From: Octopus sinensis
Taxonomy: Eukaryota
Direction: 5' to 3'
DNA length: 9,167 nucleotides
NCBI RefSeq assembly: GCF_006345805.1
Contig: NW_021828269.1
Location: 1 to 9,167 of the forward strand
A program made the translations under genes and the position numbers. Position 1 is the first letter of the stretch; each line of letters begins with the position of its first letter. This document shows, piece after piece, positions 1-7,640 of this stretch. The notes under the pieces are model-generated. The model saw only the letters and a program-made list of their open reading frames with translations. It ran no database searches and had not been told where the DNA came from.

Positions 1-138
1 TGGAGGCCGTAGTTGTAGCCAATGAAGATTTTATTGAGTAAATTTTCTCTTTCGTATTTCAAAATATTTTTATGTAATTTTGGTAAATATATCTGTTAAA
101 ATGAGGTGTCAGTGTTATTTTCATTTTTGCATAATTTA
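1..138 (+). mobile_element. 3' end of a DD37D/maT-type Tc1/mariner transposon (transposase C-terminus plus 3' UTR), cut by the window start
   Basis: 3-41 reads EAVVVANEDFIE*, matching EDVVEANGDFIE* of the minus-strand transposase remnant at 8101-8140. 42-101 aligns without gaps to the reverse complement of 8041-8100 at 55/60 nt (counted by hand). Similarity continues to TAATTTA at 132-138. No terminal inverted repeat is recognisable. Confidence 0.82.
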
Positions 139-144
139 TATTCA

Positions 145-514
145 GGCGCAGGAGTGGCTGTGTGGTAAGTAGCTTGCTAACCAGCCACACGGTTGCGGGT
201 TCATCCCACTGCGTGGCATCTTGGGCAAGTGTCTTCTGCTATAGCCCCCGGCCGACCAATGCCTTGTGAGTGGATTTGTAGACGGAAACTGAAAGAAGCC
301 TGTCGTATATATGTATATATATGTATAGTGTGTGTGTTTTTGTGTGTCTTGTGTTGTCCCCCTAGCATTGCTTGACAACCGATGCTGGTGTGTTTAGGTC
401 CCGCGTCACTTAGCGGTTCGGCAAAAAGAGACCGATAGAATAAGTACTAAAAGGTGGTGCTCCAGCATGGCCGCAGTCAAATGACTGAAACAAGTAAAAG
501 AGTAAAAGAGTAAA
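145..514 (+). mobile_element. Near full-length tRNA-derived SINE with a CORE-like domain (resembles octopus OR-type SINEs)
   Basis: A-box-like TGGCTGTGTGG (155-165) and B-box-like GGTTCATCCC (198-207). These are followed by GTGGCATCTTGGGCAAGTG, similar to the MIR/CORE GTGACCTTGGGCAAGT motif. There is an internal TA/TG microsatellite at about 306-350 and a (GTAAAAGA)n-like tail at about 494-514. The 5' half aligns to 1548-1689 and the 3' half to 7641-7853. The family name is from recall only. Confidence 0.85.
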
Positions 515-554
515 GAGAGAGAGTGTAGCCGCTCTCTCTATATATATTCAGACA

Positions 555-659
<105 letters not shown>

Positions 660-741
660 GTTTTTCTCTTTCTCTTCTTCTCTCCCTTTCTCCTCTCTCT
701 CTCTCTCCATATGCACACATACATACATATATATATGTATG

Positions 742-835
742 AGTGTGCCAAGCCAATTGCTCATTAATTCACGAGTAAGCTGTTCCATTACTCAAAGCTG
801 CTAGAACACCCCTCGTCTTAACCGACGGAATGCCA
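742..835 (+). mobile_element. Possible 3' fragment of a further cephalopod SINE family
   Basis: A complex island between microsatellites (ATTAATTCACGAGTAAGCTGTTCC...CCTCGTCTTAACCGACGGAATGCCAG) resembles, from memory, the 3' end of an abundant octopus retroposon. It is followed by a (CATC)n/(CATA)n tail. There is no second copy in the window to confirm it. Confidence 0.35.
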
Positions 836-842
836 GGGTATA

Positions 843-874
843 CATCCATCCATCCATCCATCCATCCATCCATC
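843..874. repeat. (CATC)8 microsatellite
   Basis: Directly visible perfect tandem repeat. Confidence 0.97.
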
Positions 875-930
875 AATACATACATACATACTTACATGCT
901 ACATACATGCATACATACCTACATACAAAC

Positions 931-963
<33 letters not shown>

Positions 964-1150
964 CATATAATATATATATATATATATATATCCATATATA
1001 TATGTATATATATATATATAGCATATGTATATATATATATGTATATATATATACATATATATATATACAACATATCTATCTATCTATATATATATATACT
1101 TATATATACATATATATATATATGTGTGTATGTGTGTGTGTCTATATGTA
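875..1150. repeat. Compound (CATA)n/(TA)n/(TG)n microsatellite
   Basis: Directly visible. It explains the YI/IY-rich ORFs 873..1073, 907..1368, 1002..1352 and 1025..1324. Confidence 0.95.
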
Positions 1151-1547
1151 TGCATGTATATTCCACATGTATATTCCGTTCCTTCGTTCCCCCTCTCTCA
1201 CAATTCCTGGCCTTCTCATCATGCTCACTTTCCCTCCTCGAACCCTTCTTTCTTGGTTCGACCACCATCCGTGCGACTTCTATATTCCTCACTGTGTCTA
1301 TCAAACCCCATGTCCCTGCCGTAAGGCTTTACTTTCACACACGCCAGCTTAATTTAATTCGTCCTTAGTAGAAAGACAACTGTATTGTCCTGTTATTTGT
1401 GTGTGTGTAAATATTAACTACAAATTAAATAATTTGTAGTTAACATTTACACACACAAACACACACACACAGACACGCACATACCCACATACAAGAACTC
1501 ATACACACATACATATATGCATATATACCTCTAAAATATATACATAA

Positions 1548-1689
1548 GCGTAAGAGTTGCTTACCAACCACATAGTTCCGGGTTCAGTCCCATGACGTGG
1601 CTCCTTGGGCAAGTGTCCTCTACTATATCTTCGGGTCGACCAAAGCCTTGTGAGTGGATTTGGCAGACGGAAAATGTAAAAGTCCCGTC
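1548..1689 (+). mobile_element. 5' half of the same CORE-type tRNA SINE as 145-514, ending at its internal (TA)n
   Basis: GGGTTCAGTCCC B box, CCTTGGGCAAGTGTC and GCCTTGTGAGTGGATTTGGCAGACGGAAA are collinear with 163-306. The copy stops at CCCGTC-(TA)n, exactly where copy 1 has its internal microsatellite. Confidence 0.88.

Positions 1690-1722
<33 letters not shown>
1690..1722. repeat. (TA)n microsatellite joining the SINE 5' half to the LINE fragment
   Basis: Directly visible. Confidence 0.95.
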
Positions 1723-1723
<1 letters not shown>

Positions 1724-1726
1724 CCA

Positions 1727-2349
1727 TTAAGCCCACAGGTATGAAATGGTTGGATACTGCACAAGAGCGTGCAGAACAGTTACGTCGCTCTGACCGCATC
1801 TCGGACAAGTCGGTCCGGTTTTTCTTGAACCGTGCATGTAGAGCTTATCACAAAGGGCAATGCTTCAGGATAGCACTGCCAGGTTAGAAACCTCTGGAAA
1901 TTGTCCATAGTTCCTTGCCCGAAAGTTGTCCGGAAGCGGCGGGCCAGGTATTCCTCGTCGACTCCCAGGGTCTCCCCAAGAATATCGTCGCACCTCTCCT
2001 CCACTAATCCTACCCTTCCACTAATTCGTGGAATTGAAATCGCGCAAGTTTGATCCCGCACGGCAGAGTTGCTCGAGCGCATGGCAACACTCGCGATGTC
2101 ATTCGCCCACCCTCGGTCTCTATGTGATTCATGATTGCAGTTCGGTCAAAGAGACGTGCTGCGGGGAAGCGCGTCTCACAAAAGGCGACCCCCACCCGTT
2201 CCCCGTCGTCTATGATACGCAGGAGATGTCGCAGTTTCAGCACATGTCTACGCATCATTAACCACAGACCGGTCAGCTCTCCATTTAGCGGATGTTGGCA
2301 GCAAATGGAATGCCTGACCACCTGAAAGCTTCCATCCCACAAAAAGCGA
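1727..2349 (-). mobile_element. Frameshifted L1/Tx1-clade LINE ORF2 fragment (post-RT region to the C-terminal CCHC zinc knuckle, zf-RVT-like)
   Basis: Joining minus-strand frames gives RFLWDGSFQVVRHSICCQHPLNG..MRRHVLKLRHL..., then GLVEERCDDILGETLGVDEEYL..TFGQGTMDNFQRFLTWQCYPEALP, then DKLYMHGSRKTGPTCPRCGQSDVTVLHALVQYPTISYLWA*. The CxxC-x8-H-x4-(C>Y)...LW pattern (CPRC at 1796-1807, H at 1769-1771, last Cys as TAT at 1754-1756) is the L1/Tx1 zinc knuckle. The fragment is homologous to 8829-9167. Confidence 0.86.
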
Positions 2350-2551
2350 GATAGATAGATATATATAGGAAAATAGGTAGATACGTACATACGTAGAAAA
2401 AGAGCCAACGACTGATGAAGGGTCGTTCTTTATGTTGCTTGTCTTGTTTTCCATTTGTGTCTTTCGTTGTTCGAAAGAATAGTTCATATTCCATGTACTC
2501 GTACTTCGTAATTTTTGTTGTACATGTTTCGTGACTTCCTGTGCCCACATA

Positions 2552-2624
<73 letters not shown>

Positions 2625-2672
2625 AGGTATAGATGTATGTACATATACGTATGTATATGTGCATATATATTT

Positions 2673-2719
<47 letters not shown>

Positions 2720-2920
2720 GTATATATGTTTGAATGTATGTATGTACGTATCTATCTGTCTGTCTATCGAACTTCACACGTATGGATATACATAGGTATA
2801 TTTGTAAATACACATGCACATATACGCACACATATACGCATGCAAGATATACGTGTATGCATTTATGTATGTACGTATGTATGTACAAAGCATTATACTG
2901 CCACATAGTCATATATATGT
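2552..2920. repeat. Compound (TA)n/(CA)n/(TATG)n microsatellite
   Basis: Directly visible. It explains the ORFs 2285..2644, 2515..2733, 2541..2795, 2592..2912 and 2633..2908. Confidence 0.95.
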
Positions 2921-2949
2921 AATGTATTTGAGAAGAGCTGGAGAGAGCG

Positions 2950-3440
2950 GGAGTGTGTGTGTGTGTGTGTGAAAGAGAGAGAGAGAGAAAGATAGACAGA
3001 GACAGAAACAGAGAGACTGAGCGAGAGATAGTTAGAGGGAGTTAGACTTACGTAGAAGGAAAGAAAGAAGTAAGAAAAGAAAAGTTAAAAAGTGACGAAG
3101 GAAGATAATAAATGAATATCAGAAAAATTAATAAATGATTAAATGATGAGGGGAAAAAAAGTGTTTCAAGGAGTAAAGTACAAATAAAAATGAATAAAGA
3201 CAACGAAGAATATATGAACAAATGTTTAAGAAATATCGTGATGAAAATCTAAATAAATAAGAGATAAGAACAAAAGATTATAAAAAAATAAATGTGATAT
3301 TGTATGGAGACAATAACTAAAGAAGCATTAAAATGAGCGGAAAGGGGGGTGGGGTGAGAAATGCGAAAATAGAATAAAACGGAAAATAAAATTGTCGAAG
3401 AAAAAAATAAGGAAATCAGGGACGAACGTAAATAAATAAA
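2950..3440. repeat. (GT)n, (GA)n and a purine-rich (A/G) low-complexity tract
   Basis: Strong strand-asymmetric A/G composition with no motif-bearing ORF. Confidence 0.85.
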
Positions 3441-3444
3441 TAAT

Positions 3445-3661
3445 TATAATAATTGTTTCTGCTATATGCACAAGGCCTGAAATTTTGGGGGAGCGGGAGG
3501 GGGGCGTAGGTCGATCACATCGAACCCAGCACTTGACTGGTACTTAATTTATCGATTCAGAAAGGGCGAAAGAAGGCATAGTCGACTTCGGCGCGGAATT
3601 TGAACTCAGAATGTAGTCGGCAAACGAAATAGCGCTAACGAGTCTACGAGCTCGCCGCCTT
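3445..3661 (-). mobile_element. tRNA-derived SINE of a second family on the minus strand
   Basis: The reverse complement starts AAGGCGGCGAGCTCGTAGACTCGTTAGC (A-box region) and contains the B box GAGTTCAAATTCC (plus strand GGAATTTGAAC, about 3595-3605). It continues CGATAAATTAAGTACCAG...TCGATGTGATCGAC, then CCCCCAAAATTTCAGGCCTTGTGC and an (ATT/ATTT)n tail. Confidence 0.75.
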
Positions 3662-3787
3662 TATAAATAATAATAAAAAAATAATAATAACAACAACAGC
3701 AACAATAATAATAATGATGATGATGATGATAATATTAATATTAATAACAATAATAATAATGATAATAATAATAATAATAATAATAAT
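3662..3787. repeat. Imperfect (AAT)n array with (AAC)n and (GAT)n interruptions
   Basis: Directly visible. It is the source of the poly-Ile in ORF 3644..3883. Confidence 0.95.
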
Positions 3788-4003
3788 GGACTTGACCGAA
3801 CAAAAAATTGGTACGAAAAAACTGGGTCCCACCTGCAAGGTCATGCGCTGTTTATCTTGATATGAGATCACCATGTCGCGCACATATGGTTGTGATTCAT
3901 GTGCCTAGTGTACCCTTATCAGACGGGTTGTCATGATGGGTTGACTGGGTTTCGTATATTTTACCCCAGAGTCACTTTGATGGCATGCACTGCTCTCTCA
4001 CTC

Positions 4004-4042
<39 letters not shown>
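3788..4042 (+). mobile_element. 5'-truncated retroposon 3' end with an (AAT)13 tail
   Basis: About 215 nt of complex sequence bounded by (AAT)n on both sides, ending CTCTCTCACTC-(AAT)13 (4004-4042). It resembles, from memory, an abundant octopus (AAT)-tailed repeat. It has no coding motif beyond the first 10 codons. Confidence 0.55.
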
Positions 4043-4045
<3 letters not shown>

Positions 4046-4416
4046 GACCTACTCATTGAGAGAAAAATGTGGCATCTCAAGGCGGTTACAATCCAAGTGA
4101 TCGAGGAGCACTAGAATGATCAAGAGGGAACCGAAAATTATATGAGAATGATCCCTGGCTTACCATCCCTGCAAGAAGTGCAAAAGATTGTCTTAACTGG
4201 TACATCACACTATTGAGAAGAGCATTGTCGATGTGAGAACTGTTGCTGCTCATGTATTTTAACTTAACACACTTAAAAAAAAAAAAAAAAAAATGAACGA
4301 ACTACTGAGTTTGCTTTAATAATGGCCTACCAATATACACTATGAGTTTCTTTGCCCTAGGAGTCGGGAAGACACTCGGCAAGAAATGGAAGAAAATTTG
4401 AAGAAGAAAAAAAAAA

Positions 4417-4450
<34 letters not shown>
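4043..4450 (+). mobile_element. R4/Dong-clade non-LTR retrotransposon 3' end (restriction-like endonuclease C-terminus, 3' UTR and (TAA)11 tail)
   Basis: With small frameshifts it reads KDLLIE-RKMWHLKAVTIQVI-GAL-MIK-GTENYMRMIPGLPSLQEVQKIVLTGTSH-LRRALSM* (stop 4234-4236). This matches the K(Y)xDL..E..RMW....IPV.VGALG...LQK..L..T.HILR pattern that ends R4/Dong ORFs. The 3' UTR carries A19 (4275-4293), and the tail is (TAA)11 at 4418-4450. Confidence 0.8.
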
Positions 4451-4452
<2 letters not shown>

Positions 4453-4598
4453 TTGAAAAATACATTAGGAATGAGAACCCATTTTCGAAATTTCCCCAAA
4501 ACACCTGATGAAGGCTGGACGGTGTATCAACCGAAATGTTGTGTTAACAACAAACAAGATGAAGATAAATATCCGTCAAATGTAAATAATGTAAATAA
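4451..4598 (+). mobile_element. Penelope-like element pseudo-LTR fragment carrying a hammerhead motif
   Basis: Contains CTGATGA-stem-GAAA, typical of Penelope pLTRs, and ends in the short tandem ATGTAAATA ATGTAAATAA. The class assignment is inferred from the ribozyme motif; no ORF is present. Confidence 0.58.
4500..4545 (+). ncRNA. Minimal type I hammerhead ribozyme (slightly degenerate)
   Basis: Stem I is AACAC (4500-4504) / GTGTT (4541-4545). The core is CTGATGA (4505-4511) plus an extra A (4512). Stem II is GGCTGG (4513-4518) / TCAACC (4527-4532) with one C-A mismatch and one G-U pair. GAAA lies at 4533-4536. The stem III region is reduced to A-T-G-T, with a GUU cleavage triplet at 4538-4540. 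Confidence 0.66.
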
Positions 4599-4867
4599 AG
4601 GATAGATGGTTAGAAACTGGAGACGGAAAGAAATAGGGAAAGACTTAAAGAAGGAAAGACGTGAGAAGACGCGAGGGATATGAAAGTAAAGAAGAAAGAG
4701 TTGTAATTAATAGAATGTGGTGACAGAATGAAAAACATTGATAGGAATAAAATGTGCAGGAAAAATAGACACAAAGTGTGAATGGAAATCGAGTAGGGAA
4801 AGAAAACGCAGATTGGCCAATAAACTCTGGATAGAGAGAGAGAGAGAGAGAGAGATTGATAGAGAGG

Positions 4868-5345
4868 GTGTTCGGATTGTCCTGCACAGGGGGCCATCCG
4901 GACTCCCGTCTTCGCCATGAGCTGGGATTAATCTCTCTTCGCTCCTTTGCGCTACATGGGCTTAACTCTCCTCCCCTCTTCATCTAACCTCCTCCCCTCT
5001 TCGTCTAACCCTCCTCCTCTCCTCTCTCTTTCCCACTTCCTCCCACCCACTTCTACTCTCTTACTCTGCCACATACTTCCTCTGTTCACTCCTACCCACC
5101 TTCTCTTTTCCACCCTCTCCCTTCATCGTCACTCCTCTCTCATTACCCCCACCCCTCCACATTCCAACTACACCATCCTATACATCCCACCCCACCCCAA
5201 CCCATTTTTGTGTTCCATTCTGTCGAAGAGCTTAGGCTCGAAACGTAAAAGACTTTCTCACTTCCTGAGCGTTAAACTAACACATCTATTTGTTGCTTAC
5301 ACACACGTCTTCGTCTTTTGTTTTTTTTTTTGTAAATTCTCACTA
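4868..5345 (+). mobile_element. Penelope-like element 3' end: GIY-YIG endonuclease C-terminus, pyrimidine-rich tract and pseudo-LTR
   Basis: 4868-4969 reads VFGLSCTGGHPDSRLRHELGLISLRSFALHGLNS, matching the R...E...I..L....P.GLN ending of PLE GIY-YIG domains. It is followed by a C/T-rich tract (about 4965-5210), a hammerhead-like motif (about 5216-5252) and a T-rich end. Confidence 0.66.
5216..5252 (+). ncRNA. Degenerate minimal hammerhead-like motif
   Basis: CTGTCGA (5220-5226; A6 replaced by T) plus an extra A. Stem II is a perfect GAGC / GCTC (5228-5231 / 5236-5239) with a TTAG loop. Then come GAAA (5240-5243), the palindromic ACGT and a GUA triplet (5245-5247). Stem I is poor (CATT / AAAG). 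Confidence 0.45.
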
Positions 5346-5942
5346 GATATATGGATAAATATATATTTAGATAGATAGTTTTCAGTATATATATATATAT
5401 ATGTAGGTATAAAAAGGTTGTATTTAGATTCGTCCTTTAATTTAGAGGTCTCCAAAATGATTTCTAATGTTGATTCTTAATTTTTTTGCTGGTAGTTTAC
5501 AGGCATAAATTAGCGAATATAAAAATAATACTTGTATATGATGTGTTGGGAATTTATGGAAAGAAATCCAATAAAACTCAACAAATTTGTTAAAAATGGA
5601 GAAGAGAATACGTTAAACTATATAAGAGAATTTTAATTCACGCAGACGATCGTTTCGTACAATGATATAAAAATCATGCAAATTCATAGTTGAATTAAAT
5701 TAAATTAAATTAATTGAATTAATTAATTATATATCAATGTATTCTACAGTGCAAGAAATATGAACAAAATTTTTACAAAGAACTTGAGAAAGGAAATAGC
5801 AGAAGAGAATCTTGAAGGTTCATATTTATCCTTATGAGAAAAAGAGATGCGAGTCCAGTTAGGTATTAACTATAAAGGCTGCAATGGTTATTTGAAAATA
5901 TAAGTAACAGAGGTTTCAGATCGTTCCTTCTATAGATGAGTA

Positions 5943-6287
5943 ACACACACACACACACACAGACACACATACACACACACACACATACACACACATTTAT
6001 ATATATATAGCTAGATAGGTCGATAGATAAATAGATAGATAGATAGACAGACAAGTAGATAGATAGATATATAGATATAGAGAGAGAGAGAGAGAGAGAG
6101 ATAGGTGAGTCAATAAAGACACAACTAGCTAGAGAGAAAACTAGGTAGATATATTGACAGATTACATAGAGATGTAAAGAGATAGATATATGCACAACTA
6201 GATAGATCTTTGCAGACTTAGAAACATACACGCATAGACTGTGAGAGATAGGTCTATATATAATATACATATACATATATAATATAT

Positions 6288-6326
<39 letters not shown>

Positions 6327-6371
6327 CACACATACACACACACACCCACTATATATATATACTTTTCTACA

Positions 6372-6406
<35 letters not shown>

Positions 6407-6480
6407 TGCATAGATCGATACATGGATAGATGGGTAGGTAGCTGTATAGGTAGATAAATAGTTAGATAGCTGATTCATAG
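5943..6480. repeat. Compound (CA)n, (TA)n, (GATA)n and (GA)n microsatellite region
   Basis: Directly visible. It explains ORFs 5866..6345 and 6290..6478. Confidence 0.93.
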
Positions 6481-7292
6481 GGAGTTTCGTAGGTAAGTGA
6501 GTAGATAAAGACTGCGAATTAGGGTGATAGAAAGATAACTTGGTTGATAGAAAGATATATAGTCAAGGAGATAGTTACACAGACCGTAAGATAGATTCAA
6601 GAGAAATGAAACAGTTTTCGAAATTAAAAAAAGCAAACTGAAAGATTTTTAATACAACGATAAATTACTGAGAAAAAAAAATTGTTAAATACGATTCGGA
6701 AAAAAAAATATTTTTAAAAAGACGATAAGACAGGAGAAGAGAGAGAATGAGAGAATAGGAAGAAATATATATAATGAAAAATGTTTAAATAAAATAAAAG
6801 AAAAAGGAAATAAATGGCGGCAATGAAAGACGTAAAAATGAGGAGAGAAAAATGAAGAGAGAGGAAACAAGGAATGAGGGTAAAATGCTTGAAGCGATTA
6901 AATGAAAAATTGTGACGATGTTCACAGCAAAAGTTCTTCGCTTGAAAGGCAGCTAACAAATGAATGATCTAATTAATGACAATAACATATGTTTTCACAT
7001 ATTGCTAACTCATATATCGCTGGCGGACCTTTTTACAATCTGACGCCATTTTCACTAAAATAGGCGCCATTTTCTTTTTGCTTGTTTGTATGTTTGTTAT
7101 TTGCCGTTCGGTCCTATTTTTTTTCTTTTTTGTCGTTATTTTTGTTGTTATTATTGTTACTACGAATGTCATTGTAGTATAGTATTGTAGAAGTAGAAAA
7201 GAGTTTGTGTTGTTGTTGCTGATGTTGTTGTTGCTGTTATTGTTTCCGCATTTGATTAGAACGATCTATCTGATCCAAAATTAAAAAGATGA

Positions 7293-7324
7293 TACATACA
7301 TACAAACATACATACACACACATT

Positions 7325-7355
<31 letters not shown>

Positions 7356-7640
7356 TATTTATATGTATGTATATATATATATGCATATATATAAATACAT
7401 AAATGCATACATACATACATATATATACATACATATATACATATATATATATACTATATATATACACACGCATACACATATATATGTATATTTTATTATG
7501 TTAGGATGTGTATATGTACGTATTTATATATATATTATATATATATATATATGTGTGTGTGTATTATATGTATATATATATATGTATATATATATGTATA
7601 TATATATATATAATATAATATATATATATATATACATATA
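7293..7640. repeat. Compound (TACA)n/(TA)n/(TG)n microsatellite
   Basis: Directly visible. It explains ORF 7363..7707. Confidence 0.95.

Noticed and set aside
145-230. SINE heads (here, at 1548 and at 3600-3661) as tRNA genes
   Set aside because: They have A/B boxes but no complete cloverleaf and continue into SINE bodies.
2405-2480. CTGATGA (2412-2418) with a distant CGAAA (2472-2476) as a third hammerhead
   Set aside because: No credible stem II or NUH/stem I can be built. The local fold is a simple AACGAC/GTCGTT hairpin enclosing the motif. It could still be a degraded PLE LTR, but this is unsupported.
4947-5378. 143 aa ORF as a real gene
   Set aside because: It runs through the pyrimidine-rich tract and pseudo-LTR of the Penelope-like end, and its L/S/P/H bias reflects C/T composition.
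5676-5730. Octamer ATGCAAAT next to an (AATTA)n run as a POU/homeobox enhancer
   Set aside because: Such motifs are expected by chance at this AT content, and there is no supporting evidence.
5750-5817. Possible coding exon (TTCTACAG acceptor; ARNMNKIFTKNLRKEIAEENLE)
   Set aside because: The donor is weak (GTTCAT), the upstream sequence is AT-rich rather than a polypyrimidine tract, and the peptide is unrecognisable.
6481-6498. Perfect AG|GTAAGT donor suggesting a 12-nt microexon
   Set aside because: The upstream sequence is purine-rich GATA repeat with no polypyrimidine tract, so a chance match is likely.
6525-6557. 13-nt direct repeat TGATAGAAAGATA with 20-nt period (CRISPR-like or operator-like)
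   Set aside because: There are only two units, derived from the surrounding degenerate (GATA)n, and the context is eukaryotic.
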